From Tepidisphaera sp. (GTDB taxonomy: Bacteria > Planctomycetota > Phycisphaerae > Phycisphaerales > UBA1924): DNA of 64,000 bases. Location of the stretch: positions 480,001-544,000 of the forward strand of contig CP051526.1 of assembly GCA_050916045.1 (NCBI GenBank), in the 5' to 3' direction. The position numbers were made by a program, and so were the translations under genes. This document shows positions 29,204 to 40,300 of the stretch, one piece after another (the first letter of the stretch is position 1; each line of letters begins with the position of its first letter). The notes under the pieces are model-generated. The model saw only the letters and a program-made list of their open reading frames with translations. It was not told where the DNA came from and searched no databases.

Positions 29204-30706
29204 TCACTTCGCCGGCGTGATCTTGAGCACGCGGTCCGGCTCGTTGAGCACGACGTAGATGTCGCCGTTCGGGCCTTCGGTCACGTCGCGCACGCGGCCC
29301 ATCCCGTGGATGATCTCCTCGCGCTCGACGAAGACGCCCTTGCCGCCTTCGACCTTGACCCGCACGCGGTCGACGTTCGCGCCGGCCAAGCCGCCCGCGA
29401 AGAGGTCGCCCTTCCACTTGGGGAACGCGCTGCCGTTCGAAAGCCCCAAGCCGCACGCCGCGATCGACGGCAGCCAGCGGTACGTCGGCATGATGATGTT
29501 CGCCGGCAAGGACTGACCCTCGCTCCGCGACTCGGGCACATCCGCCCACGGAGTCCGCAGGGGCGTGTCCTGGTAGTTGATGCCAAAGGTCACGATCGGC
29601 CAGCCGTAGTTGCCGCCCTTCTGGATCAGGTTGAGCTCATCGCCGCCGCGCGGGCCGTGCTCGGTGTCCCAGAGGTTGCCCGCCGCGTCAAAGTGCAAGC
29701 CCTGCGGGTTGCGGTGGCCGTACGACCAGATGGCCGGGTACGCATCCTTCTCATTCACGAAGGGGTTGTCCGCGGGGATCGTGCCGTCGTCCTTGACGCG
29801 GAAGATCTTGCCGTTGGGACGCTTGAGGTCCTGAGCAAGCTGGCCGTTGCCGCGCTCGCCGATGCCGAAGTACAGGATGCTCGAGTCCTTGGGGTCAAAC
29901 GCGATCTTGACGCCAAAGTGCAGGCCCGAACCGACGTAGTGCTCGGGTTTGGCCTGGAAGATGTCCTGCTGATCGGTCCAGACGACCTTGTCACCCTCGG
30001 CTTTGAGCTTGCCGCGCACAACCCGGGTCATGTTGCGGTTGCGCTGGGTGGGGCTGGGGTCGGCGTAGGCGAGGTAGATCCAGCCGTTCTTGGCGAAGTC
30101 CGGGTGGGTCTCGACGTCCATCATGCCGCCCTGGCCGGCTTCGACGGACTCGGGCACGCCGTCGATATTGATCAGCTTGCCCCCGCGGAAAAGCAGAACC
30201 TCGCCGCTCCGGTTGGTCACGAGCATGCCCTCGAGGGGCCCGGTGATGAACGCGCACGACCACGGCGTGCGGAGCTTGACCGTCGAGTCCTTGGAGTTCT
30301 CGACGACCGTTTCGACCTTGTACTTCTCGTACTTGGAGGAGTACACGCCCTCGACGGCTTTGGGGCTTCCCAGCCGGCTGCGGCGCTCGTCACGCTGAAG
30401 TTCGCGGATGTGGACGACCAGGGACCAGATCTGCTCGTTCTTGAACTTGGACCCGAACGCGTGCTTGTCCTTGCCCGCTTTGATCGCGTCAAAGAACGGC
30501 CGGTCGAGGGTCTGGTCGAACTTGTCGTCGGTCAGGAGGGTCTTGGCGTCCTTGGACCCTTCGCCGCGACCCCCGTGGCAACTGGCGCAGTCGTTGGTCC
30601 ACATCGACGAAGCGGATTGTCCCTGCGCCGCCGCGGTTCCGGCGAGAGCAAGGAGGAGGGCGAGACGGATCGCAAGACGGTTGGCGAGCGGCGAGGTGTT
30701 AGGCAT
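29204..30706 (-). CDS. PQQ-dependent sugar dehydrogenase (GSDH family) with N-terminal cytochrome c
   Basis: Signal peptide; CASCH heme motif; GQGGMMDV, HPDFAKNGWIYL, GHRNPQG, TEHGPRGGDELN, NYGWP. Confidence 0.92.
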   Translation of the reverse strand: MPNTSPLANRLAIRLALLLALAGTAAAQGQSASSMWTNDCASCHGGRGEGSKDAKTLLTDDKFDQTLDRPFFDAIKAGKDKHAFGSKFKNEQIWSLVVHIRELQRDERRSRLGSPKAVEGVYSSKYEKYKVETVVENSKDSTVKLRTPWSCAFITGPLEGMLVTNRSGEVLLFRGGKLINIDGVPESVEAGQGGMMDVETHPDFAKNGWIYLAYADPSPTQRNRNMTRVVRGKLKAEGDKVVWTDQQDIFQAKPEHYVGSGLHFGVKIAFDPKDSSILYFGIGERGNGQLAQDLKRPNGKIFRVKDDGTIPADNPFVNEKDAYPAIWSYGHRNPQGLHFDAAGNLWDTEHGPRGGDELNLIQKGGNYGWPIVTFGINYQDTPLRTPWADVPESRSEGQSLPANIIMPTYRWLPSIAACGLGLSNGSAFPKWKGDLFAGGLAGANVDRVRVKVEGGKGVFVEREEIIHGMGRVRDVTEGPNGDIYVVLNEPDRVLKITPAK

Positions 30707-30772
30707 GGCCCATGATACGGTGGTCTGGGCCCGCGCCGCACCCGGCCCTCCGGAGGCTTTCCTCGGGCTCCC

Positions 30773-32539
30773 TCAGACCCCGGCTCGACGGATGTCCACC
30801 AGCGCATCCACCGTCACGAGCAGGTCGTCGATCGAGAAAGGCTTGGCCAGGAACGCGGTGTGCTCGACCAGATCGCCTGAAAGCGACGGCCGGGCCCCGC
30901 CCGTCGTCAGCACGCACGGAAGCATGGGCAGCGTCGTCCGAAGCCTCGCCAGACACTCGACGCCGGTGTAGCCCGGAAGGCCCACGTCGAGCACCACCGC
31001 CGTGACCTCTTCGCTTCGTTCGGCCACCGCCGAAAGCACGCTCGTCCCGTCGTTGCACGCGATCACGCGATACCCCGCCGAACGGAGAGCTTCCACGACC
31101 ACGTTGCGGACCCCCGGGTTGTCCTCGCCGACGACGATGAGAGCGTCCTTTGAAAGCAGAGCGATCTTGGGCACGGCGGGCTTGAAGGACACGGCTTCGT
31201 GCTTGCACGCCGGCAGCGTGAAGGTGAACTCCGACCCGCCGCCGGGGAGAGCCGCCGCTCCCACGCTCCCGCCGTGCTCGATCAGAATGCCCTTCGCGAC
31301 CGCCAAGCCCAGCCCGGAACCTCGCCCGTCGATCCGGCCTCGGGCAAAGGTCGAGAAAACGTTCTCGAGTTCCCTCGGGCTGACGCCCGTCCCGGTGTCC
31401 CGAAGCCGCAGCGTGAGCGTCGTGACTGCTTCGCTCCCAGCGGTCGAACGGCTTTCGTCGATCCGAGCCGTCAAGGTCAGGGTCCCTCCAAGCGGCATCG
31501 AGTCTCGCGCGAAGATCGCCGTGTTGAGCAGGGCCTGTTTGATCTGGGCGGCATCGCACACGACGCCGTACCCGCGCACCGAATCGGTGTCGACCAAGAA
31601 CGCGACCGACTGCGGCAGAACCGCGGCGATCAGCGAATGCGCCGCGCCAAGCACTTCTTGGATGTCGCAGACCTTCTTGTCCGAGGGCGACGGGCGCTGA
31701 AGCGAGAGAAGCGAGCGTGTGAGACCCGCCGCATGCTGGCCCACCGATTCGATGCGGTTGAGAGCACGGATCGCTTCGGGCTCCTCCCGCATCACGCTTC
31801 GAGCCATCGCGGTCAGGCCGAGGATCGCGGTCAGGACGTTGTTGAACTCGTGATTCACCTGTTCGGCGACCGATCCCGCCGCTTCCATGCGCTGCGTGTC
31901 GCGGACGATCGCTTCCAGACGCTTGCGCTCCGTGATGTCGTCGGCGGCGACCAGCATCTCGCCCGAGTCCGCGCCAAGCCGCGTCGCGCGAAGCTCGAGA
32001 AACGCCGAGACCTTGTCGGCCAGGGGCATCTCCACTTCCGGCAGCGATTCGACGCCCTTGCACGCCTGAGCGCGGCTTAGCAGATCCTCGACCTGGCCTT
32101 TCGCATCGCCGCCGAACGCGTCGACGAACGCCGCGCCCTCGGTCGCAAAGTCGCCGAAAAGCGAATGGGCGAGTGCGTTGCGGTAGCGCACGTTCCCGTC
32201 CTCCAGCAGGAGAATGGCGAAGGGCGCGATCTCAAGCGTCTGGCGGTGGCGAGCTTCGCTTTCCGCGACCACACGCCCCGCTTCCGCCTGCTTCATCAGG
32301 TGACGCCGGATCATCATCCAGAGCATCGTCGCTGTGAAAATGACGAAGAACGACCCCTTGAGGGTCTGGAAGGTCGTCTCGTTGGAGAATCTTCCGGCGA
32401 TCGAGGACGCCGCTCGATCGGACAAAACGATCCAGACAAGCGCGAAGACCGCGTAGAGCCCGGCGATCCGGAAAGCTCCGCGTGCGGCGTTTCCCGCCTG
32501 TCCGTCGCTTGAGGCCGGTATCGAGTCGGACTTCTCCAC
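30773..32539 (-). CDS. Membrane hybrid histidine kinase (2 TM, PAS, HisKA/HATPase, receiver)
   Basis: DITERKRLE, HEFNNVLTAI, QALLN, DTGTG, GSGLGLA, receiver EDN..LDV.LP..AKPF. Confidence 0.92.
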   Translation of the reverse strand: MEKSDSIPASSDGQAGNAARGAFRIAGLYAVFALVWIVLSDRAASSIAGRFSNETTFQTLKGSFFVIFTATMLWMMIRRHLMKQAEAGRVVAESEARHRQTLEIAPFAILLLEDGNVRYRNALAHSLFGDFATEGAAFVDAFGGDAKGQVEDLLSRAQACKGVESLPEVEMPLADKVSAFLELRATRLGADSGEMLVAADDITERKRLEAIVRDTQRMEAAGSVAEQVNHEFNNVLTAILGLTAMARSVMREEPEAIRALNRIESVGQHAAGLTRSLLSLQRPSPSDKKVCDIQEVLGAAHSLIAAVLPQSVAFLVDTDSVRGYGVVCDAAQIKQALLNTAIFARDSMPLGGTLTLTARIDESRSTAGSEAVTTLTLRLRDTGTGVSPRELENVFSTFARGRIDGRGSGLGLAVAKGILIEHGGSVGAAALPGGGSEFTFTLPACKHEAVSFKPAVPKIALLSKDALIVVGEDNPGVRNVVVEALRSAGYRVIACNDGTSVLSAVAERSEEVTAVVLDVGLPGYTGVECLARLRTTLPMLPCVLTTGGARPSLSGDLVEHTAFLAKPFSIDDLLVTVDALVDIRRAGV

Positions 32540-32729
32540 GAGAAACCTCCGATCAGTTGTCGCGTCCAGCCTACCAGAAGTTCATCAGTCTGTCCAATAA
32601 CAAAGTGCGCGGGAACTGCGCTTCGACGGATTGGCACGATATCGAGCTCTGCCACGGCGGCTTCGGCCAAAGTAAGAAACGCGAACGCACGATCCTTCTT
32701 CTGAGCGCACGCTCGAGAGGAGATTCGGC

Positions 32730-34388
32730 ATGATGATCGACCTTGGAGCCCTGGTTCTTGCGTCGGTGCTCTCCCAGCCGGAGGTGCCACAGCCTACCGC
32801 CTTTACCTACCAGGGCGAACTCAAAGTCGACAACATTCCCGGGAATATCTCGGCGGATCTGCGATTTCGTCTTTACGACTCGCCGTTCGCCGGGACGCAG
32901 ATCGGCCCGATGCTCCAGCCGCCTTCGGTGGCGATCGTGAACGGACGATTCAACACCACGCTCGATTTCGGACCCGGGGTCTTTACTGGGGAGGCGCGCT
33001 GGCTTGAGATTGAGACGCGAGCGCCGGCGGGGGGCGGCTTGTGGACGGTGCTCTCGCCGCGGCAGTTCATCACGGCGGTCCCGTACGCGCTGCATGCGCT
33101 CAACGGCGGTGCTCAAGGCCCGCCCGGTCCTCAGGGCCCCGCAGGTCCCCAAGGCCCCGCAGGTGCTCAGGGCCCCGCGGGTTCTCAGGGGACAACAGGG
33201 CCGCAGGGGCCGGCGGGACCACAGGGCGCTCCGGGGCCGCAGGGTCCTCAGGGTGCGACGGGTCCTCAGGGTCCTGCGGGCGTTTCGCCCTGGCTTTTGC
33301 AAAGCTCAAACGCGTACTACCTGCAGGGAAACGTTGGCGTCGGCATCAATCAGCCCGCGTACCCGCTTCACGTTGAAACGTCGCAGGCCCGGGCGGGGTT
33401 CTTCGCGTCCACGCTTGCGAGCGGTCCGTCGTTCGGCGTGCTCGGCAGAGCGAGCAGCCCGGCGGGTGTCGGCGTGGTGGGGTGGTCTCCCGCGACGAAC
33501 GGGGCCGGTGTCGGCGTGCAGGGTCAGACCGATAGCCCCGGCGGCCGGGGTGTTCAGGGGTGGGCGATCGCGACCACCGGCGAGACGTACGGCGTCTGGG
33601 GGCTTGTCGATTCGCCCGACGGCTTGGGCGTGCTCGGTCACAACCGCGCGACGTCGGGAGCGTCGACGGGCGTGCTGGGCCGCGTGGATTCGAGCGCGAA
33701 CGACGCGGTCGGTATCTATGGCTACGCGGCGGCGACCACGGGCATGACGGCCGGCATCTGGGGCGTGATCGAGTCGAACACGGAAGCCGCGGCGGCGGTG
33801 TACGGCACCGCGACGGCGGCCAATGGCGTCACCATCGGCGTTCTCGGCTCGGTCGATTCGCCCCAGGGGTACGGCGTCTTCGCGATCGGCGACCTTGGGT
33901 CTTCCGGCGTCAAGGAATTCGTGATCGATCATCCGCTGGACCCCGCCAACCGCATCCTCAAGCATTACGCGGCTGAGGGCCCCGAGCCGTACAACATCTA
34001 TCGCGGGATGGTGACGCTTGATGGCGAGGGGACGGCGACGGTGACGCTTCCGGCATACTTCGGAGCGGTGAACAAGGACGAGACGTACCAGCTCACGCCC
34101 ATCGGTGCGCCCGCGCCGGGGCTTTATGTTGCGGAGAAGGTGACCGAGGGGCGATTCCGGATCGCCGGCGGCCCGGCGGGGATCGAGGTCTCGTGGACGG
34201 TGACCGGCTCGCGGAACGATGCGTGGATGCGGTCGCGGCCGGCGCAAGCGGAGGTCGACAAGCCGGAGGGCTGGCGCGGCCGGTACTTCGCGCCGTCGCT
34301 CTTCGGAGCGGGCGAGGAAGCGAGGATCAGGCCGGTGCGCAAGCGTGTTCCGGAGGGTGATCCGGTCTCGGCCGCGGCGCAGGATTGA
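32730..34388 (+). CDS. Collagen-like/tail-fibre-like exported protein
   Basis: GAGGAG RBS; FTYQGEL..RWLEIE..PRQ..PYAL N-domain; Gly-X-Y run; GV.G repeats; C-terminal [24 protein letters not shown] domain. Confidence 0.85.
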   Translation: MMIDLGALVLASVLSQPEVPQPTAFTYQGELKVDNIPGNISADLRFRLYDSPFAGTQIGPMLQPPSVAIVNGRFNTTLDFGPGVFTGEARWLEIETRAPAGGGLWTVLSPRQFITAVPYALHALNGGAQGPPGPQGPAGPQGPAGAQGPAGSQGTTGPQGPAGPQGAPGPQGPQGATGPQGPAGVSPWLLQSSNAYYLQGNVGVGINQPAYPLHVETSQARAGFFASTLASGPSFGVLGRASSPAGVGVVGWSPATNGAGVGVQGQTDSPGGRGVQGWAIATTGETYGVWGLVDSPDGLGVLGHNRATSGASTGVLGRVDSSANDAVGIYGYAAATTGMTAGIWGVIESNTEAAAAVYGTATAANGVTIGVLGSVDSPQGYGVFAIGDLGSSGVKEFVIDHPLDPANRILKHYAAEGPEPYNIYRGMVTLDGEGTATVTLPAYFGAVNKDETYQLTPIGAPAPGLYVAEKVTEGRFRIAGGPAGIEVSWTVTGSRNDAWMRSRPAQAEVDKPEGWRGRYFAPSLFGAGEEARIRPVRKRVPEGDPVSAAAQD

Positions 34389-34474
34389 TCGAGTCTTCGC
34401 GCCGGTTGTGCGGTGCCCGAACGAGCATGCGCCGATACTTGCCGGATCGCTGTTCGATCCGCCAAGGAGGTCGC

Positions 34475-35341
34475 ATGGCCGAGAAGCTCTCGTACCGCGC
34501 GGTGTTCATCAGCGATGTTCATCTCGGATCGGCGGCGAGCAGCGCCGACGCTGCGGCTCAGTTCCTCAAGCACGTTGAGTGCGAGACTCTCTATCTTGTC
34601 GGCGACATCATCGACATGTGGCGGCTTCGCTCCCGCTGGTACTGGCCCGAGACGCACAACAAGTTCATCAGGCGCGTGCTCAAGATGGCCAAGCAGGGGA
34701 CCCGCGTGGTCTTTATCCCCGGGAACCACGACGAGCACGCCCGCGACTATGAAGGGCTCAACTTCGGCGGAGTCGAGCTCGTCCGTGAAGCGATTCATAC
34801 CACCGCTGACGGCCTTCGCCTTCTCATCATCCACGGTGACGAGGTCGATGCGGTCGTCCGTCACCACCGGGCGCTCTCCATGCTCGGCGGCGCGGCGTAC
34901 GACCGGTTGGTCACCATCAACCGATGGTCCAACATCATCCGCCGAGGGATGGGGCTCCAGCCATGGTCGCTCTCGGCGGCGATCAAGCAGCGCGTCAAGC
35001 GGGCGTGCCAGCACGTCGCCAAGTACGAGCAGACCCTGGCCGACGAAGCCTCCCGTCGCGGGCTCGACGGCGTGGTCTGCGGGCACATTCACAAAGCCGA
35101 GGTTCGCACGATCCTGACCCGGGATGGCCGGGAGGTGCAGTACTACAACTGCGGTGACTGGGTGGAGAGCCTGACGGCCCTGGTCGAGCACGACGACGGC
35201 ACGCTCAGGGTCATCAAGCCCGAGCATCTTCTGGCACCGCTTCGCGGGCTCGGGGTTTCGTCCCCGGCGGTCGACGTCATGGTGCCGGTGGAATTCGGCG
35301 AGCGGGGCGTTGCGGCCGCAACCGGGCCGGTCACACGGTAG
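34475..35341 (+). CDS. LpxH-like (UDP-2,3-diacylglucosamine diphosphatase family) metallophosphoesterase
   Basis: AAGGAGG RBS; FISDVHLG, VGDIIDMW, PGNHD, IHGD, CGHIH, NCGDWVES. Confidence 0.88.
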   Translation: MAEKLSYRAVFISDVHLGSAASSADAAAQFLKHVECETLYLVGDIIDMWRLRSRWYWPETHNKFIRRVLKMAKQGTRVVFIPGNHDEHARDYEGLNFGGVELVREAIHTTADGLRLLIIHGDEVDAVVRHHRALSMLGGAAYDRLVTINRWSNIIRRGMGLQPWSLSAAIKQRVKRACQHVAKYEQTLADEASRRGLDGVVCGHIHKAEVRTILTRDGREVQYYNCGDWVESLTALVEHDDGTLRVIKPEHLLAPLRGLGVSSPAVDVMVPVEFGERGVAAATGPVTR

Positions 35342-35365
35342 ACCCTCGCCCTGGAGAAACGTTTC

Positions 35366-36205
35366 TTACTTTGCGCCCGAGCTTGCGTACGGATCAGCCG
35401 GTGAAGCGTCCTTGGTCACGATGATCTCGACGCGCTGGTTCGGGCGGTCCTGCGCGTGGTCCGTCGAACGGGCCACGACGCGGTTTGCGTCGCCGCACGC
35501 GACAAGGCGCATCTGCGGCCAGGGGATCCCGTTCCGCGCCAGCGCTCGGCCGGCCGCCAGAGAACGCTCGTAGGCGAGCGCCATGGCTTTCTCAGCGTTG
35601 CGACCGGACTCAAAGGGGCTGACGGACCCGCGAAGCTCGATGATCCATCGCTGGTCCTGCATCTTCTTCGCGATGCGGGCGAGGGTTTCCTGCGCGGTCG
35701 CGTTGAGTTCCGCCGAGCCGTCCTCGAAGCTGATTTTGCCACCGAGGTTCGAGTAGTCCGTCTCGCGGACGGTCTGGGGCCTTTGCCCGGTGCCGATGGG
35801 GCCCTCGTCCTTGCGGGACTCGTCGTGCTGCTGCTTCTTCGCGGCCATGCGGCGCTCGTCGGGGTTCCTGCTCTTGGCGTCAAAGGGCGAGTTGAACCCC
35901 TCGCGGATGGAGATGATGATGGCGTCGGCGCGGCTCATCCCGCCTCCGGACCCGTTGTTTTTGTCGTCGGGCGCGCCGCCCTGCACGGGCTCGCCCTTGG
36001 GGCCCATGTTCATGGCGAGCAGAATCACGAAGAAGCCCATCATGAGCGCGACGTTGTCGGCGAAGGAGATGAGCCACTCTGGTGCGCCCGTTTCCTCGTG
36101 CTCGCCGCCGCCGTGCCCTCCGCCTCCGTGGCCGCCGCCGTGCCCGCCCCCGCCGTGGCCGCCTTCCTCGTGCCCTTCGCCGTGTTTTTCTTCATGTTCG
36201 GACAT
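35366..36205 (-). CDS. motB: Flagellar motor protein MotB (OmpA-like C-terminus)
   Basis: PEWLISFADNVALMMGFFVILLAM TM with conserved Asp; NQRVEI; His/Gly-rich N-terminus. Confidence 0.88.
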   Translation of the reverse strand: MSEHEEKHGEGHEEGGHGGGGHGGGHGGGGHGGGEHEETGAPEWLISFADNVALMMGFFVILLAMNMGPKGEPVQGGAPDDKNNGSGGGMSRADAIIISIREGFNSPFDAKSRNPDERRMAAKKQQHDESRKDEGPIGTGQRPQTVRETDYSNLGGKISFEDGSAELNATAQETLARIAKKMQDQRWIIELRGSVSPFESGRNAEKAMALAYERSLAAGRALARNGIPWPQMRLVACGDANRVVARSTDHAQDRPNQRVEIIVTKDASPADPYASSGAK

Positions 36206-36222
36206 GGATGGGTCCCGGAGGG

Positions 36223-37005
36223 TTAGGCGGCTTTATTCATCTTGCTTCGGGCGAAAGCGGGGACGAACGCCATGACCTTGTCCTGGGTGACGCGCGGGTT
36301 GTCGCCGGCCTGGATCGAAAGCACGCCCTGCAGGATCATCTCGCGGTTGAGGATCTCCTCTCCCGACTTGATGCCGAGTTTGTCGCCGATGGGGCCGGCG
36401 ATGGCGTTGGCGATGATCGCGCCGTACATGGTCGCCACGACGGCGATGGCCAGAGCGTGACCGAGAGCGCCGATGTCGGCGGAAGCGAGCTGGCCGAACA
36501 TGCCGACCTGTCCGACGAGGGTTCCGACGAGGCCGTAACCCGGGCCGTAGGTCTTGATGAGGTCAAAGAATTTCTTTCCGGCTTTGTGCCGGTCCTGCAT
36601 GGCCATGATCTCCATGCGGGCGGTCGCTTCGATGTTCGCCGGTTCCACGCCATCCACAGCCATTTTGAGCGCCGCGGCCAGGAACGGTTCCTTGATTTTG
36701 GCGATCTCGGATTCGAGCGCGAGAATGCCGTCTTTGCGGGCTTTGTCCGCGAGGGTCCCCATGAGCTTGACCACCTCGATGGTGGGCATGCCCTTGCTGA
36801 AGAGGAAAGCTTTCATGTAGCCGGGAACCTGCTTGAGCTTTTCCATCGGCATGGCCACGAACACGACCGAGACCGAGCCGCAACCGACCATCAGCACGCC
36901 TTCGCCCGAAAAGAACATCATGAGGTTGCCGTGGGACACCTCGACGAAGACGACGCCCAGAGCCGCGGCACCGATGAACATTCCGATGAGTGAGGCGATG
37001 TCCAA
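36223..37005 (-). CDS. motA: Flagellar motor protein MotA
   Basis: ARKDGILALE, GPGYGLVGTLVG, ATMYG, GVLSIQAGDNPR; TTG start. Confidence 0.9.
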   Translation of the reverse strand: MDIASLIGMFIGAAALGVVFVEVSHGNLMMFFSGEGVLMVGCGSVSVVFVAMPMEKLKQVPGYMKAFLFSKGMPTIEVVKLMGTLADKARKDGILALESEIAKIKEPFLAAALKMAVDGVEPANIEATARMEIMAMQDRHKAGKKFFDLIKTYGPGYGLVGTLVGQVGMFGQLASADIGALGHALAIAVVATMYGAIIANAIAGPIGDKLGIKSGEEILNREMILQGVLSIQAGDNPRVTQDKVMAFVPAFARSKMNKAA

Positions 37006-37340
37006 GGGATTCCCCGAGGTGCTTCCAGGGTCTTCGGCCCGCGCGGGCCAACTGCTCTAGGTCGTATCGGTCGGATCGCGAGCGAAATGAAGTCCCGCCC
37101 GGTGAAGACGCGCGTTGATGGATGAAGGAATCCTCACGCTTGTAACTTTGTCTGTTGCCTCAGATGACTTTCGTCATCGATCTGGAGAATTCGCGCGAAA
37201 AGTGCGCAAACTGGTTGCACCGATTGAGGTGGGCAGGCAGGCTGGCCGGCCCCATGGTGTTCGCTTGACGGCGAATGGTCCGGGGTTGGGCACCGTCGCG
37301 TCACGGTGCCAAGAGCACGTATCTCGATCTGGAGGGTCTC

Positions 37341-40300
37341 ATGCAGAGGAAATCGTTGAACGCGCGAATGGGTCTGATTCTCGGGCTCGCTCTCGCGGGA
37401 GGAACCTTGCTGGTTCCGGCGTCGATGGTCGGTTCCCCCGCGCTCGCGCGGGCGTCGGGTCCCACGACGCAGGAGTTCACGTATCAGGGCAAATTGACCC
37501 AGAACAACGCGGTGGTGAACGGCACGGCCGACCTGCGGTTTACGCTCTGGGATTCTTCGGGTCTGGGCACGCAGATCGGGCCGGTCCTTGGCGCCAACGG
37601 CGTCACGGTGTCGAACGGTCTGGTGACGGTCCTGCTGGACTTTGGTCCGGGAACCTTCACGGGTGATGGTCGCTGGCTTGAGATCGAAGCCCGAGTGCCG
37701 GCGGGGACGGGCACGTGGGAGACTTTGACGCCGCGGCAGTCGATCACGCCGACGCCGTACGCGCTGTACTCGCTGAATCCCGGCCCGGCGGGCCCTCAGG
37801 GTCCGATGGGTCCGCAGGGGCCGGCTGGTCCGCAGGGTGCGGCCGGACCGCAGGGGCCGCAGGGCACTCAGGGTGTGCCTGGTTCGACGGGTCCGCAGGG
37901 GCCGGCGGGCGCTCAGGGCCCGATCGGGCCTGCGGGGCCGCAGGGTCCGATCGGACCGGTGGGTCCGCAGGGTGACCCGGGGCTGGTGTGGGTTGGCACC
38001 TGGCTTCCGATGCAGGTGTATCTGCCGGGCAACGCGGTGTACTTCAATGGTTCTTCGTGGCGGTCGCTGACGGTCAACTTTGGAAGCCAGCCGGACACGA
38101 GCCCGGCGGACTGGACGCTGGTTGCACTCAAGGGCAATGACGGTGCGACGGGCCCGCAAGGGCCGGTCGGCCCGGCCGGAGCGACGGGTCCGCAGGGGCC
38201 CGCCGGCCCGCAGGGAGCTGCTGGAAATGACGGCGCGACCGGACCCCAAGGCCCCGCCGGTCCGCAGGGGCCTGCTGGCAACGATGGAGCTCAGGGCCCT
38301 CAGGGCCCGCAGGGTCCCGCAGGCAATGACGGTGCTCAGGGGCCGGCTGGTCCTGCTGGCAACGACGGAGCCCAGGGCCCGCAGGGTCCGGCCGGGAACG
38401 ACGGTGCGACGGGTCCTCAGGGGCCCGCGGGCAATGATGGCGCTCAGGGACCGGCTGGTCCCCAAGGGCCTGCCGGAAATGATGGAGCTCAGGGGCCGCA
38501 GGGTCCGCAAGGCCCGGTCGGTCCGGTTGGTCCGGTTGGCGCTCAGGGCCCTCAGGGTTCTCAGGGACCCGCTGGCAATGACGGCGCTCAAGGCCCCCAG
38601 GGGCCGCAGGGGCCTCAAGGTCCTGTTGGCGCGACGGGTCCGGCCGGCGCGGACGGGATCGATGCGGCGCGATACGTCGTCGATGCGGCCGGATTCGGCA
38701 CGCACACGAGCGTGCAAGCGGCGATCGCGCAGGCCGATGCGGATCGATCTGGTAACCCGAACGTGCAGGTGAACATTCTGGTTCGCGCGGGCACGTACAA
38801 CGAGAACGTGACGCTTCTGGGCGGCATGCACCTGACGGCGGTTCAGCCGGGCCGCGCGTTCGCAACGCAGATCAACGGCCAAGTGACGCTTGCGTCGGGC
38901 GGCATCGCATCGATGCGTGGCATCCACATCGCTTCGACCACGGGCGATGCGCTGACGGTGACGGGAAATGCGAACCCGACGCAGCTCTACATCTATGACG
39001 CCAACGTGGAGGCCAACGGGGCCGCGGCGGACAACGCGGTCGAAGTGAGCACGGTGCTTGGCGGCTCATCGGGCGTGATCTTTGACAACGTGAACTTCCG
39101 TAAGCCTTCGGGCGCACCCGGCCTTGCGGCCAACGTCGTCTCGGGCACGCTTCAGGGCACGGGGGGCACGATCAACGGCGGGGTGCCGACGGCGACGGCC
39201 GTGCAGGTGTCCGACGGTCCCAACGGCTACGGCCGCGCGTGGATCAAGAGCTCGGACATCTTCGGGCCGGTGGTCGCTTCGAGCCTGATCGCGCCGCCGA
39301 GCGCGGCGGTGGTGGACATCGGCAACAGCCAGATTCGCTCGGGCACGCTTGCGGCGGTGCAGGATTCGACGCCGGGCATCGTGCAGGTGACGGACTCGTA
39401 TCTGCAGTCGGCGGTGGTGGGCGACATCGCATCGTCGGACGGCAACTTCTATTACGCGCAGCTGACGTTCCTGCCGGGGTCGCAGACGATGCCGGCGGCG
39501 GCTTCGCTGCTTCCGGGCACGGGTCCGAGCGGTCCGGCGGGTCCTGCCGGTCCTCAGGGTCCTCAGGGCACGGCGGGTGCGAACGGCAACGACGGTGCTC
39601 AGGGCCCCGCAGGTCCGCAGGGGCCTGCCGGTGCTGACGGCGCGGCGGGTCCGGCGGGTCCCGCCGGGGCCGACGGCCTTGACGGCGCGCCCGGTCCGCA
39701 GGGTCCGGCCGGCAACGACGGGGCGCAGGGCCCCGCGGGGCTTCCGGCGGCCAAGTACATCGTGGCGACGACGCTGACGGACAACGCGACGCACACAAGC
39801 CTGAACGCGGCGATCCAGCAGGCGGTCGCGGACGGGTACGGCTTGTCGAACCAGACGACGATCCTCGTCCGTCCGGGGTTCTACACGGAGAACGTGGACC
39901 TCAAGGGCGGCATCCACGTCGTGGCGGCGGCTCCGGCCAAGCACTTCACCACGCAGTTCACGGGCAACGCGACCTACATCAACCAGGGTGGCCCGGTGAC
40001 GATCGTCGGGATTGAGTTCCTCGCCACCAGCGGCGACGCTCTTGAAATCACGAGCGGCGTCGCGGGCTCACAGATCTATGTGACCGGCGGCGGGTTCACG
40101 GCCACGACGACGGGTGACGACGCGGTGCAGATCAACGTGCTGATGTCCGGCGCGACGCCGGGCCTCATTCACGATGATGTACTTTTCCGCACGCAGGGAG
40201 CGGCGACCGGCTTCCCCGTGAATGTGATCAACGGAACGATTCAGGGTCGAGCGGGCACGTTTAGCCCGGCGAGCAACAACGCGGCGGCGATGTCGCTTGC

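Noticed and set aside
38130..38660. Repetitive DNA as a possible CRISPR array
   Set aside because: In-frame Gly-X-Y coding repeats with synonymous variation, no unique spacers and no cas genes
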